A DNA stretch of 64,000 nt from Verrucomicrobiota bacterium (GCA_033762115.1 JANRLX010000134.1:32001-96000); one strand, 5' to 3'; counted from the first letter of the stretch, positions 1-10,305 are shown. A program made the numbers and translations. Notes: generated by a model not told the origin, from the letters alone.

Positions 1-594
1 TTCCAAAAGAATGTTCCAGGGATTGCCATCCATTTGATTGCCTATTCCATAAACTGTGCTCGTGCCACCATGAATCAGCGCGGAATCAATCCCCGCATCG
101 CGCAGCAACTGCACAGCGCGGTCCACGGCATATCCTTTTCCAATAGCGCCCGGGTCCAGTTGAATGCCTGGCCGGTCAAACCAAACGGTAATTTGCTCCC
201 CGTCCAGATGAACATGCTGATGACCGATTATTTCGAGCGCCTGTTCGATTGCATCGGGGGAGGGCATTGCGCCAGTTCCCCGGACGAAACCCCAGCAGCG
301 CATCAGCGGAGCGATGGTCAGGTCAAATGCTCCTCCTGTTTCCCGCGAGAGCGTCAGCGCATGCTCCAGAAAGGCAAACAATTCTCTTGAAACCCGAACT
401 GGACGGCTGCCAGCTTCGCAGTTTAGCCGATGAATTTCGCTTTGCTCCTTGTAAAAACTGAGGAGCGCCTCGATCCGCTCGATTTCATCGAGTGCCTCTT
501 CACCAGCAGCCTGGAGATGCTTCGGGTCGCTGCCATGCAGGACAATTTCAAAGCGCGTTGCCATGGCATGCCGCGCCAGGATGACCTGCTGCAT
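1..594 (-). CDS. apbE: FAD:protein FMN transferase (ApbE family), 3' end outside window
   Basis: Absent from the ORF track (no stop in window). Manual translation from ATG 594: MQQVILARHAMATRFEI...LSFYKEQSEIHRLN...TGGAFDLTIAPL...LDPGAIGKGYAVD...LIHGG, which are ApbE motifs. Confidence 0.9.
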   Translation of the reverse strand, partial: MQQVILARHAMATRFEIVLHGSDPKHLQAAGEEALDEIERIEALLSFYKEQSEIHRLNCEAGSRPVRVSRELFAFLEHALTLSRETGGAFDLTIAPLMRCWGFVRGTGAMPSPDAIEQALEIIGHQHVHLDGEQITVWFDRPGIQLDPGAIGKGYAVDRAVQLLRDAGIDSALIHGGTSTVYGIGNQMDGNPWNILLE

Positions 595-600
595 GGAAAA

Positions 601-1383
601 TTAATTTTTAGCGAACAATTCCTCGAAGAAAACTTTCATCGCTTCCCATGAACGCTTGTCCGCTTTTTCATTGTAGGCAGAACCTTTGGAATTATCGCTT
701 CCTGCGTTCCAGTCGGTGAAACTGTGAACAGCCCCGCCATAGCTGACGAGTTGCCAATCCACTTTTCCCTTTCGCATTTCCTCCTCGAACGCGGCGACTT
801 CTGCTGGTGGCACAAACGGATCATCCGCTCCATGAAGCGCAAGTACCCGGCACTTGATCTGTTTCGCATCCTCAGGTGTGGGAGTGCCCAGTCCGCCGTG
901 GAAACTAACCACGCCCTCCACATCCGCGCCCGCGCGGGCCAGTTCCAGGGCAGTGGTGCCGCCGAAACAGTAACCGATTGCGGCAATTCGATCTCCATCG
1001 ACCATCGCTTGCTTTTTGAAGGTGGCGAGTCCGGCGAGCACCCGTTCTCGAAGCAGTTTCCGGTCTGACTTGTACTTGCCAGCTTCAGCCCCTGCCAGTT
1101 TCGGATCAGATGGGCGGATTCCCTTCCCATAAATATCCACTGCAAAAACAGCGTAGCCCATTTTTGCGAGCATCTCGGCGCGCTTCTTTTCATAAGCGCT
1201 CAACCCCTTCCATTGATGCACAATCAACACTCCCGGGCGTTTGCCGGAAACGGATTTGTCATAGGCAAGATATCCTTCAAGCGTAGTATCTCCCTGTTTG
1301 TAATCGACCGATTCAGTATGAATTTCAGCGCGGGCGATGGCCAGTGAAGCGAAAAGCAAACCCAACAAAATGATTCGTTTCAT
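601..1383 (-). CDS. Dienelactone hydrolase family protein with signal peptide
   Basis: GYCFGG nucleophile elbow, HGADDP and GAVHSF motifs; GGAGG SD before ATG. Confidence 0.9.
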   Translation of the reverse strand: MKRIILLGLLFASLAIARAEIHTESVDYKQGDTTLEGYLAYDKSVSGKRPGVLIVHQWKGLSAYEKKRAEMLAKMGYAVFAVDIYGKGIRPSDPKLAGAEAGKYKSDRKLLRERVLAGLATFKKQAMVDGDRIAAIGYCFGGTTALELARAGADVEGVVSFHGGLGTPTPEDAKQIKCRVLALHGADDPFVPPAEVAAFEEEMRKGKVDWQLVSYGGAVHSFTDWNAGSDNSKGSAYNEKADKRSWEAMKVFFEELFAKN

Positions 1384-1493
1384 AGTTCCTCCAAATTTTC
1401 ATCCAGATTGCAATCTATCCAGCGATTGGAAAGCAATTTTTGCAGCTATTTGGGAGTCTTGCAATTCACCCAGCTCACTCAACATAGTTGCAA

Positions 1494-2384
1494 ATGGACG
1501 CTGCCCGTTCCTTTCCGTTCCTTGCGCTGCTGCTTGGCGCAACCAGCATCGGGATTGCACCGATTCTCGTACGCCTCAGCGAAGTGGGGCCGATCGCCAC
1601 CGCGGCGTTCCGTATGCTTTTGGCTTTGCCTTTCCTTTTTATCTGGCTTGCGGCGAGTCCCAGGGATTCCAGAAAACGGAGCCTCAGCAAACGGGAACTT
1701 TACCTCATTCTAATTGCCGGGGCCTGCTTTGCCGGTGATCTCGCGTTCTGGCATGTCTCACTGCATTACACCACCGTCGCCAATTCCACTCTGTTCACGA
1801 ATTTTGCCCCTTTCTTTGTCGCACTTGGCGGCTGGCTGCTTTTTGCGGAAACCGTCACCAAACCGGTTATTTTTGGAATGGTCACCGCCTTTTTGGGTGG
1901 AGTTTGTCTTGTAGCGGAGAGTTACCAATTGAATCCCAGGCACCTGCTTGGTGATCTCCTCGCGCTTGTCACCGCCCTGTTTTACGCCGGATACCTCCTT
2001 GCGTTAAAGCGGTTACGGGAAACCGTTGGAACCGCTGCCGCCATGCTTGGCTCAAGCCTGGTTAGTTGCCCCCTTTTATTTGGGATTGCCCTGGCTGCCA
2101 ATGAACCGCTCCTGCCGTTGACAGGTCGCGCCTGGCTGGTCCTGCTGGCGCTCGGGTTGGTCAGCCATATTGCAGGGCAGGGGTTGATCGCCTATTCATT
2201 GCCGCACCTCACAGCAGCCCTGTCCGGAATTGGCTTGATGTGGCAACCGGTCGTGGCCGCTGTGCTGGCTGCCTTCATTTTGCAGGAACCTCTCACCACA
2301 TTAAAAATCCTGGGCGGCATTATTATTTTGGGAGGAATTCTTCATGCGCGGTTCGCCGCCACCCAGCCCGCAAAAACTGAGTAG
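1494..2384 (+). CDS. DMT/EamA family transporter
   Basis: About 10 TM helices in two EamA-like halves (AAFRMLLA, TTVANSTL..FAPFF, QPVVAAVLA..ILQE). ATG 1494 preferred over TTG 1488. Confidence 0.88.
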   Translation: MDAARSFPFLALLLGATSIGIAPILVRLSEVGPIATAAFRMLLALPFLFIWLAASPRDSRKRSLSKRELYLILIAGACFAGDLAFWHVSLHYTTVANSTLFTNFAPFFVALGGWLLFAETVTKPVIFGMVTAFLGGVCLVAESYQLNPRHLLGDLLALVTALFYAGYLLALKRLRETVGTAAAMLGSSLVSCPLLFGIALAANEPLLPLTGRAWLVLLALGLVSHIAGQGLIAYSLPHLTAALSGIGLMWQPVVAAVLAAFILQEPLTTLKILGGIIILGGILHARFAATQPAKTE

Positions 2385-2406
2385 AATAACCAGGGGGAAA
2401 TTCTGT

Positions 2407-2435
2407 TTGCGAAGCTGGATTGGCTGTCCTACTGT
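2407..2435 (+). promoter_or_regulatory. Sigma70-type promoter of tRNA-Arg
   Basis: TTGCGA-N17-TACTGT ending 17 nt before the tRNA 5' end. Confidence 0.55.
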
Positions 2436-2452
2436 GAAATTCCTCAGTCGAT

Positions 2453-2529
2453 GCGCGTGTAGCTCAATTGGATAGAGTGACGGCCTCCGAAGCCGCAGGT
2501 TGTGGGTTCAACTCCCGCCACGCGCACCA
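2453..2529 (+). tRNA. tRNA-Arg(CCG)
   Basis: Acceptor stem GCGCGTG/CACGCGC, D-arm GCTCAATTGGATAGAGT, anticodon loop CT-CCG-AA, T-loop GGTTCAACTCC, encoded CCA; 77 nt. Confidence 0.96.
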
Positions 2530-2553
2530 TAAAAGCCCTCTCAAATAGTAAAC

Positions 2554-2581
2554 AAAAAAGGCTGTGCCTTGCGACACAGCC
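2554..2581 (-). terminator. Intrinsic terminator of the mre-rne/rng operon
   Basis: GGCTGTG-N8-CACAGCC hairpin followed by T6 on the minus strand, just after the stop at 2598. Confidence 0.7.
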
Positions 2582-2597
2582 CCTTGAGTGAAACGTT

Positions 2598-4562
2598 TTA
2601 AATGCCGAAACTGGCGAGTTCCTCGTTATTCGCGCCATTGACGATTCGGAACTGTTCAGTATGCAATTCCTCGTCCCCGCGGAAGGAAAGTTTCCCGTAA
2701 TAACGCTTTTCCATTTCGATGATGAGTTGCTCATCTTCGCTGCGGAGGCGTTGCAACACCGAGGGATTCACGAAAATGCGCAGTTCGAAATCTGATTCAT
2801 CCCGTTGCCGTTTGCGCAGGATCTCACCAAGCTTGCGCTGGATTTCCACACTCATGGTCAAGGCGCTTTTCACTTTCCCCCGCCCTTTGCAATATGGGCA
2901 ATCATCGTAAACCGCCGCTCGAACGCTCTCCGAATGGCGTTGACGGGTCATTTCCATCAACCCGAGCTGTGAAATTGGCAGCACGTGGGTCTTGGCCTTG
3001 TCACGCCGCAGCGCCTCCTTCAATTTTTGGTAAACGGCCTGTTGGTCTCGGCGCGACTTCATATCAATGAAATCGAGCACGATCAGGCCGCCCATGTTGC
3101 GAAGCCGAAGTTGACGCGCAATTTCCTCGGTCGCTTCCAAATTCACCTTGGTAATTGTCGAGTCCTGGTCCTTGCCTCCCTTGTGCCGGCCGGTATTGAC
3201 GTCAATCGCCACCAGCGCCTCTGTTTCATCGATGACGATGTAGCCGCCGCTTTTCAAATGAACCTGCCGTGAAAAGGCGTTCTCCAGCTGGCGGCTGATA
3301 TTAAACCGGTCAAAAATCGACTGGGTTTCAGCGTATAGTTTTACTTTATCAGTCGAGCGTTTGGAAATCCGTCCGATCATCTCTCGGATGCGATCATACT
3401 GCCGTTGGTTATCGACCACGATTCGTTCCACATCTTCGGTAAGAAAATCGCGGACGGTTCGTTCGATCAAATCAGGCTCCTGGAAAACACAAGTGGCGGA
3501 TGGCTGCTTGTTGATCCGGTCCTGAATTCCTTTCCACTCTTCCAGCAGCAATGCCAGGTCACGGATGAAATAGCGCGCCTGCTGCCCTTCGCCGACTGTG
3601 CGAATGATCACTCCCATCCCGTCTGGAATGCTCAGGCTGCGGAGGATTTTCTTCAGGCGGTGCCGCTCTTCCTGGTTTTCAATTTTACGCGAAATACCGG
3701 ATTGGTCAGAATTTGGAAGCAATACCAGGTATCGTCCCGGAAGCGCCAGGTTGGTCGTGACGCGAGGGCCTTTCGTGCCAATCGGGCCTTTGGTCACCTG
3801 CACGATGATTTCAGAGCCGGGCGGGTAAAGCCGTGGGATGTCCCGTTGTGTAATGCGCGGTTTGTCCTTCTTTTTCCCACCTTCGCGTTCAACGATCTCA
3901 ACTCCGCTGTCGAAGGATGCCGGAACAATATCCCAGTAATGCAGAAAGGCATTTTTCTCGAACCCAATATCCACAAATGCCGCTTTCAACCCATCTTCAA
4001 GATTACGGACTTTACCTTTGAAAATGCTTCCCACGAGACGTTCATCACTTGTGCGCTCAATCGTGAACTCCTCGAGCCGTCCTTCTTCAAGGACGCCTAC
4101 CCGGACCTCCAGGGACTCAGCGTTAATGACGACTTCCTTGTGCTTCGTTTTAATGGGGCGGATTAGCCGCTGCACCTTTTTGATAACCTTGTTCGCAGCG
4201 GCTCGAATGGTTTCAACAAGCCCTTGCGGTGCCTGATTGACCACTTCAACCGGCTTGAACTCCTCTTCCTGGACTTCCTCGGGGGTTTCTAAATTTGGCT
4301 GGCGAAAGTTCTGGCTGCGTTCTTCCTCAGCCGTCTGGGTCTCCTGATCATCTTCAGGAGGCAGTCCGGCGGCGATGTTTTCCGCGCGATTGATTTCATT
4401 CTGATGGCGAGCGTCAAAGACCTGGCTATCATCTGTTTCTTTTCCACCAACGGCCTCTGCCCTGGCTTCGGTAGCAGCGCGGTCCTGCCGTTGTCCCATT
4501 CCGCCGGAAGGGCGGAACCGCATTCCACCCCGTCTCCGGCGTGAAAAATTCCTGTCACTCAT
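2598..4562 (-). CDS. Ribonuclease E/G family endoribonuclease
   Basis: S1 domain (GSIFKGKV..LKAAFVDIG), VQVTKGPIGTKGPRVT, AIDVNTG, LRNMGGLIVLDFIDM, CPYCKGRG Zn-link; ~140-aa charged N-terminal extension. Confidence 0.95.
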   Translation of the reverse strand: MSDRNFSRRRRGGMRFRPSGGMGQRQDRAATEARAEAVGGKETDDSQVFDARHQNEINRAENIAAGLPPEDDQETQTAEEERSQNFRQPNLETPEEVQEEEFKPVEVVNQAPQGLVETIRAAANKVIKKVQRLIRPIKTKHKEVVINAESLEVRVGVLEEGRLEEFTIERTSDERLVGSIFKGKVRNLEDGLKAAFVDIGFEKNAFLHYWDIVPASFDSGVEIVEREGGKKKDKPRITQRDIPRLYPPGSEIIVQVTKGPIGTKGPRVTTNLALPGRYLVLLPNSDQSGISRKIENQEERHRLKKILRSLSIPDGMGVIIRTVGEGQQARYFIRDLALLLEEWKGIQDRINKQPSATCVFQEPDLIERTVRDFLTEDVERIVVDNQRQYDRIREMIGRISKRSTDKVKLYAETQSIFDRFNISRQLENAFSRQVHLKSGGYIVIDETEALVAIDVNTGRHKGGKDQDSTITKVNLEATEEIARQLRLRNMGGLIVLDFIDMKSRRDQQAVYQKLKEALRRDKAKTHVLPISQLGLMEMTRQRHSESVRAAVYDDCPYCKGRGKVKSALTMSVEIQRKLGEILRKRQRDESDFELRIFVNPSVLQRLRSEDEQLIIEMEKRYYGKLSFRGDEELHTEQFRIVNGANNEELASFGI

Positions 4563-4565
4563 AGT

Positions 4566-5750
4566 TTAATACGATCTTCTATAAATATAGACGTTCTGCA
4601 AAATACCGATGGCGATCAAGGAGCATAACACTGAAGACCCGCCGTAACTTAGCAGCGGCAATGGAATACCCGTCACCGGCATCAAGCGTATGTTCATGCC
4701 GATATTGATAAAAACATGACTGAAGAGCAGTGCGACTACACCTACAGCGAGCAAACGGCCAAGACGATCGCGGGCATGGCCTGCTATTTTGATCCCGGTA
4801 AAAAGGACCACTGTGTAGAGAATCACTACGATGACACTGCCCATGAAACCTTTCTCCTCGGCAATTACAGAGAAGATAAAGTCGTTATGCGCAACGGCCC
4901 TTGGCAGGTACCCCAGTGAATTCTGGGTCCCCTGCCTCCAGCCTTTTCCGGTCAGCCCACCTGAGCCCACCGAAATGAGCGCCTGTTGCACGTTGTAAGA
5001 CTTGTCCCGTTGCAACTTGCGCGCTCTTTCCCGCGCCTCAGGAGTCCCATCCTTTGGCGCAAAATCCTTCCCGAAATAGACCAACAACCTGTAGCGCTGG
5101 TATTCCTCAAGCTTGATCTGCCACTTCGGTGGAGCAAAAAGGATGTCCACCAGCAGCAAAACAACAAGGATGCCCACCCCTCCAACGAACTTCCAGAGGT
5201 AACGCAGCGGAACACCAGCAACAAACATAATCACCAATCCAACCGGAAATAAAACCAGGGCCGACCCAAGGTCCGGCTCCTTCAAAATCAAAACAAAAGG
5301 CAGCGCAATCAATGCCAGGCTTTTCATGAAAATGGCCGGGTTGCGCAACTCATCCACCGGGCGGCTTAGATAATTTGCCAGCATGCACAGCACCCCAAGC
5401 TTTGCGAACTCAGAAGGTTGAAATTGAAAAAAACCAAGCTTGATCCAACGTTTGGCTCCAAGCCGTTCCACCCCAAAGAGAAAGACCATTATCAACGCCA
5501 CAATGCACAGCCAGTAAATCACTGTGGCAAACCGGCTCCAGCTATGATAAGGAACGAGGCATACACCAACTGCCGCTCCGATTCCCACAATGTAAAAGAT
5601 TAGCTGCCGGATGTGAAGATGGCTTTTCGCATCATTTGCAGAGGAGGCGCTGTAAATGAACGCCACCCCTATCAACATCAGTAACAGCAGGGCGGCAATC
5701 ATTTGCCATTCCACCCGCGAATGATGCTCTTTTATTGAGGTGTTGAACAT
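4566..5750 (-). CDS. rodA: Rod shape-determining protein RodA (SEDS)
   Basis: GAKRWI, QPSEFAK, EPDLG, HNDFIF, PVTGIPLPLLSYGGSS; directly follows mrdA. Confidence 0.95.
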   Translation of the reverse strand: MFNTSIKEHHSRVEWQMIAALLLLMLIGVAFIYSASSANDAKSHLHIRQLIFYIVGIGAAVGVCLVPYHSWSRFATVIYWLCIVALIMVFLFGVERLGAKRWIKLGFFQFQPSEFAKLGVLCMLANYLSRPVDELRNPAIFMKSLALIALPFVLILKEPDLGSALVLFPVGLVIMFVAGVPLRYLWKFVGGVGILVVLLLVDILFAPPKWQIKLEEYQRYRLLVYFGKDFAPKDGTPEARERARKLQRDKSYNVQQALISVGSGGLTGKGWRQGTQNSLGYLPRAVAHNDFIFSVIAEEKGFMGSVIVVILYTVVLFTGIKIAGHARDRLGRLLAVGVVALLFSHVFINIGMNIRLMPVTGIPLPLLSYGGSSVLCSLIAIGILQNVYIYRRSY

Positions 5751-7727
5751 TTAGTTCTCCCTCCTTTGCAGGGGTGAAGGCAGGACCGCAATTTGGTCCC
5801 GTTTCAATGGCGCTGTCCCGGACTCGATTTTTTGCAGCGTTTTGTAAATTTCCCGCGCCATGGGTGCGCAGGTTCCACCGCCGGAACTGCCACTCTCAAT
5901 CATCACCACCACCGCGTAGCGCGGCGCTTCAAACGGGGCGAACGAAGCAAACCAGGTGATATGGTCCATTCCTTTGGCCACCCGCACCTGGGCCGTGCCG
6001 GTTTTTCCACAAACATTCATTCCCGGCACATAGGCTTTTTCACCTGTGCCTCCTTTTTCCTCGACGTCTGCAAGCATCGCTGCCCGAACAATATCCAAGT
6101 TTGCCTTGCTGACTTGAAGATCGTTGACCACCTCGCTCGGAAATTTTTTCACCGTTGTCTGTTGTCCCTCATCCAGAAGCGCAGTGACCAATCGTGGCTT
6201 GAAAACTTTTCCCCCGTTTGCAATTGCGGCGGTCATCACCGCCACCTGGATTGGGGTCAATGTCAATTCTCCCTGCCCAATGCAAAGGTTTGCCGTGTCC
6301 CCATCAAGCCAGCGTGAACCATCTTTTTTATATTTTTGCCCTACCGCGGGGAAATAACCTGCTTGCTCCTGGCGAGGGCTTAAAGCCCCGGTCTTCTCTC
6401 CCAGATGAAAACGATTACCCATCTCAATGATTTTCTGCGGTCCGGCCCTCAAGCCATACTCGATGAAGTAAAAGTTGCTCGATTTTTTGAACGCGTTCTT
6501 GAAATTATAATTTCCCGGCGGCGCAAGGTCATCAATCCTTCGGCGACCCAGTTGATAATAACCGGGAGCGAAAATCTCCTGCATGGGATCCACGAGATCA
6601 GCTTCGAGAAAGGCAAGGCCCGTCACAATTTTGAAAACAGACCCCGGTGCGTAAGCTCCGTGCGTGGCGCGGTTCAGCTGCGGTTTTAGCTTAGGATCAT
6701 TGATTTCGGCCCATGCTTCATGGCTGATCCCATAAAGAAACTGGTTCGGGTCAAAGGTTGGCGATGAGGCCATTGCCAGGATGTCGCCATTGCGAACGTC
6801 CAGGACCACCGCTGCGCCTCGGGTATTGGCGCCAGTGCTTCGCAAGGCCGCTTCTGCGGTTTTCTGCACATTGATATCGAGGGTCAAGGCGAGGTTCAAT
6901 CCCGGTTCCGGATCAGACCAGATTTCCTCCTTATGCCGATAACCGAGATTGTTCACGAGGATTGAACGGTATCCAGGAGTTCCGCGAAGCTCCGCATCGA
7001 ACATTGCTTCCAGCCCGGCCTTGCCAACGAGGTCCGGAATTTTGTCTTCAAACGCGATCTCTTCATCCGTTTCATGGATAATCTCACGCTGCACATACCC
7101 GAGCAGATGGACCGCAAGGCTTTCATTCGGATAATGCCGAACGGGCTGGACTTCCAGTTGCACGCCTGGATTTTCTCCGCCCCGTTCCATGAATAATGCC
7201 ACCTGTTCCGGGGTGAGGTTCGCCAGCACAGGCAGCGGCAAGGCGAGACTTTCATTGTAATGCCGGGAAAATGCCCTCGCCTGCAACACCAGCGGCTGCG
7301 GCAGGATCATCGAACTGACCTGCCAGACGATATTGCTCACCACTTGATAACGAACATCCGCGCTGAGTCGAGAACGATCTGCCCGTGTCAGCTTGCCCCC
7401 CTTTTCGGCGAGGAAAGTGGCATTGGTCACGGTATGGTTATATTGCTGGCGAAAAATGGAGCGTAAATCCTCCAGGTAAAGATTTACGACAAATCGGGGC
7501 TGGTTTTCGGCGAGAAGCTCCCCGTTGCGGTCGAGAATTTTTCCACGGGCGGAAGGCACCCGCACTTTGCGAAATGCCTGCACTTTCAGATCCTGTTCAT
7601 ATTCCTTCCGCGCAAATACCTGCACCTGCCAGAGGCCGCCTAACAGGATCAGCAAACCGAAAAGCACACCGACTGCGATCCAGCGCAGTTTGCGATCTTC
7701 TTTTCTCAATTGGTCAAAAACCAACAT
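5751..7727 (-). CDS. mrdA: Penicillin-binding protein 2
   Basis: N-terminal TM helix, RGKILDRNG, SxxK (GSVFK), SxN (SSN), KTG (GKTGTAQ); mre operon context. Confidence 0.95.
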   Translation of the reverse strand: MLVFDQLRKEDRKLRWIAVGVLFGLLILLGGLWQVQVFARKEYEQDLKVQAFRKVRVPSARGKILDRNGELLAENQPRFVVNLYLEDLRSIFRQQYNHTVTNATFLAEKGGKLTRADRSRLSADVRYQVVSNIVWQVSSMILPQPLVLQARAFSRHYNESLALPLPVLANLTPEQVALFMERGGENPGVQLEVQPVRHYPNESLAVHLLGYVQREIIHETDEEIAFEDKIPDLVGKAGLEAMFDAELRGTPGYRSILVNNLGYRHKEEIWSDPEPGLNLALTLDINVQKTAEAALRSTGANTRGAAVVLDVRNGDILAMASSPTFDPNQFLYGISHEAWAEINDPKLKPQLNRATHGAYAPGSVFKIVTGLAFLEADLVDPMQEIFAPGYYQLGRRRIDDLAPPGNYNFKNAFKKSSNFYFIEYGLRAGPQKIIEMGNRFHLGEKTGALSPRQEQAGYFPAVGQKYKKDGSRWLDGDTANLCIGQGELTLTPIQVAVMTAAIANGGKVFKPRLVTALLDEGQQTTVKKFPSEVVNDLQVSKANLDIVRAAMLADVEEKGGTGEKAYVPGMNVCGKTGTAQVRVAKGMDHITWFASFAPFEAPRYAVVVMIESGSSGGGTCAPMAREIYKTLQKIESGTAPLKRDQIAVLPSPLQRREN

Positions 7728-8302
7728 TATTTTCCACGTTCAATTTCCCGGTCCGGGCGAAAGGCAGATTCCGGTACCGACGGATACATTAGCGCGTTAT
7801 CCAGCTTTCCAAAAATGTAAAACCACACCGGAGTAAACAGTCCCCCGATGAGCGCCATCACCGCCAGTTGCCAGAGTGAATACCAGCCGATTCCGGGGGG
7901 CTTTCCCAATCCAACCAGAAGAAGGTAAATCACAATGGGAGCAAAAATGCTGGCGGCGAGTCCCAGCACATATTGCGGATAGGTCTGGTCCCGCAGCAAC
8001 AGGTCACGGTTATGCAACACCAGCATCCCGATCAGGACCAAAGGCAAAACGCTTGTCCCCAGGGGGTTCGCTGAAGTGCTGTCATACAGCACTCCGGAAA
8101 CTGTTCCCACTGCCAGCACAGTGTTGAATCCATAACTCATTCCCACGTAAACCATTAACGAGGGAAGCAAATCGAACTGGGCGCCGGTCAGATTCCGTAC
8201 CACGTCCAGGGTGGATTCCATAAACACGGTCAGGTAGGCAGCGACAAGGAGGGCTGCTATGTTCAGCCAGGTCGTTTCACGTTGAGATTCAGGAAAAAAC
8301 AT
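7727..8302 (-). CDS. mreD: Rod shape-determining protein MreD
   Basis: Small polytopic membrane protein between mreC and mrdA; exact start uncertain. Confidence 0.82.
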   Translation of the reverse strand: MFFPESQRETTWLNIAALLVAAYLTVFMESTLDVVRNLTGAQFDLLPSLMVYVGMSYGFNTVLAVGTVSGVLYDSTSANPLGTSVLPLVLIGMLVLHNRDLLLRDQTYPQYVLGLAASIFAPIVIYLLLVGLGKPPGIGWYSLWQLAVMALIGGLFTPVWFYIFGKLDNALMYPSVPESAFRPDREIERGK

Positions 8303-8307
8303 CAGTT

Positions 8308-9114
8308 TTATGGGAATAAAATCCAGACCTGCTCCAGTTGCTTTAAATTAGCTGCCAGTTTTACTCTCGCTTCGAGATATAACCCATGCCCGACAGTGCT
8401 GATGTCAGCAACGTGGCCAACCAGGATGCCTTTTGGAAAAATCCCTCCCAATCCGCTTGTGACCACACGGTTTCCCGGTTTGGCCTGGCTGTGTCTGGAC
8501 AGGTAAGTCATTTCAATCAACAACTGGTCTGGTATCGCCGCGCCACCTGCCGCGATCACTCCGGTGTCCCGGGTTTCTTCGACGATTGACGCCACCCGGC
8601 AGGTTGGATCGCCAAGCAAAACTACGCGCGAACTGGTAAAACCGACTTCTTCGACTCGCCCGACCAATCCCTCCGAAGTCATCACCGCCAGGTTCGTCAC
8701 CACACCGTCCCTGCTTCCCAGATCAATCTGAATGGTGCGCCACCAATTTGCAGGATCACGTGAAACCACTGCAGCCAGACGCACTTTCCAACCGCGTTGC
8801 TGTTGCCATTTCAATGCCTGCCGCAATTGATTGTTCTCCTGCCAGATCTGGTTGTTCTGCATGAGTTGAAGTTTCAGGCGTTGGTTTTCCTTGCGGAGTT
8901 CCTCCAGTTCCCGCACGAGGACACGGCGGGGCACCACGCTGTTGCCGGCATTCTCAGCCAGCTTCTGGGTGGAATTGGCAAAGCCAAACAAGGGAAGAAA
9001 GAGGCTGCCAAGGGCGAGTTTGACCTGGGTGGTCGTCTGGCTGGGAAGATTCAGAAAAATCAACACCAGCAGGATCACCGAGGACAAGGCAATAATATGG
9101 GCCCGTTTCAGCAT
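8308..9114 (-). CDS. mreC: Rod shape-determining protein MreC
   Basis: TM, coiled coil (ELRKENQRL), IDLGSRDGV, GLVGRV, VVTSGLGGIFPKGI. Confidence 0.94.
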   Translation of the reverse strand: MLKRAHIIALSSVILLVLIFLNLPSQTTTQVKLALGSLFLPLFGFANSTQKLAENAGNSVVPRRVLVRELEELRKENQRLKLQLMQNNQIWQENNQLRQALKWQQQRGWKVRLAAVVSRDPANWWRTIQIDLGSRDGVVTNLAVMTSEGLVGRVEEVGFTSSRVVLLGDPTCRVASIVEETRDTGVIAAGGAAIPDQLLIEMTYLSRHSQAKPGNRVVTSGLGGIFPKGILVGHVADISTVGHGLYLEARVKLAANLKQLEQVWILFP

Positions 9115-9143
9115 GTTTACCCTGCGGGCAAACGCATGTCAGC

Positions 9144-10172
9144 CTAGGTCCTGCTGGAAGAAGCCACCCGACGCAAAAAGGAGAGTTCCTGAAGCACTCT
9201 GCCAGTGCCTTCCGCAACCGCCGTCAGCGGATCATCGGCAATATGGACAGGCAGGCCGGTCTCTTCCGCCACCAGGCGGTCGATTCCACGCAATAATGCG
9301 CCTCCACCCGCCATGACAATTCCACGATCCACAAGATCGGCGGAAAGTTCAGGAGGGCAGCGTTCCAGGGTGATCCGGACCGATTCGAGAATGCTGGTCA
9401 ATGGTTCTTTGAGCGCTTCGCGAACTTCTTCGGACCGAACTGTCAACGTTTTGGGAAGCCCGGCGCTCAAATCACGCCCTTTGACTTCCATGGTCAATTC
9501 TTGTTCCAGAGGATAAGCTGAACCAATGCGGATTTTGATCTCTTCCGCAGTGCGTTCACCAATCATTAAATTATAGGCGCGTTTCATGTGCGCCACGATC
9601 GTTTCGTCAAATTCATCCCCGCCAACTCTCAAGCTGCGGCTGAACACAATACCGGCCAGGGAGATGATCGCTATCTCACAGGTGCCACCCCCAATATCCA
9701 CAATCATGTTCCCGGCAGGTTCATGAACCGGCAGGCCAACGCCGATGGCGGAAGCCATCGGTTGTTCTATCAAATAAACTTCGCGCGCCCCGGCATGAGT
9801 GGCGGAATCCTTGACCGCGCGCTTTTCAACTTCGGTAATCCCGGAAGGCACAGCGACCACCACACGGGGAGCGATCAGTTTGCGGTGGTGGACCTTTTGG
9901 ATGAAATGGCGAAGCATCGCCTCAGTGATTTCAAAATCCGCGATCACGCCATCCTTCATGGGGCGAATGGCCACAATATTTCCCGGGGTGCGCCCGAGCA
10001 TTCGCTTGGCTTCATCCCCCACCGCGAGGACATTTGTGGTGCCTGCCTGAATGGCGACCACCGAGGGTTCACGCAGGACAATTCCCTGGTCGCGGACGTA
10101 AACGAGGGAGTTGGCAGTGCCGAGGTCTATCCCGATATCGTTGGAAAACAGACCTTTAAGTTGTGCTAACAT
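9144..10172 (-). CDS. mreB: Cell shape protein MreB
   Basis: [37 protein letters not shown] at 10172. Confidence 0.98.
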   Translation of the reverse strand: MLAQLKGLFSNDIGIDLGTANSLVYVRDQGIVLREPSVVAIQAGTTNVLAVGDEAKRMLGRTPGNIVAIRPMKDGVIADFEITEAMLRHFIQKVHHRKLIAPRVVVAVPSGITEVEKRAVKDSATHAGAREVYLIEQPMASAIGVGLPVHEPAGNMIVDIGGGTCEIAIISLAGIVFSRSLRVGGDEFDETIVAHMKRAYNLMIGERTAEEIKIRIGSAYPLEQELTMEVKGRDLSAGLPKTLTVRSEEVREALKEPLTSILESVRITLERCPPELSADLVDRGIVMAGGGALLRGIDRLVAEETGLPVHIADDPLTAVAEGTGRVLQELSFLRRVASSSRT

Positions 10173-10281
10173 GAACAATGCTTCAACACGTTTTCCAATT
10201 AGGGGCGCAATCAGGGGTCAAGGTCAAGCGGATAACGTGCCAACGATAAAAATGGACCGATTATGACGGGTTCAGTACATG

Positions 10282-10305
10282 AAAAAGCCCGCCGAAGCGG
10301 GCTTT
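10282..10305 (-). terminator. Intrinsic terminator after prepilin-type gene
   Basis: AAAGCCCGC-TTCG-GCGGGCTTTTT on the minus strand (UUCG tetraloop plus U tract). Confidence 0.85.

Noticed and set aside
34..651. Plus-strand ORFs at the window start
   Set aside because: They are antisense shadows of the apbE frame on the minus strand.
1405..1416. Perfect palindrome AGATTGCAATCT in a divergent intergenic region
   Set aside because: Single 12-bp instance with no cognate regulator nearby; cannot be separated from chance.
2453..2600. tRNA-Arg as an island or prophage attachment site
   Set aside because: No integrase and no duplicated tRNA 3' end seen; flanks are core genes.
10228..10242. Sigma54-like TGGCACG-N4-CCGC upstream of mreB
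   Set aside because: The -24 is good, but the -12 is CCGC rather than TTGC; too weak to call without TSS data.
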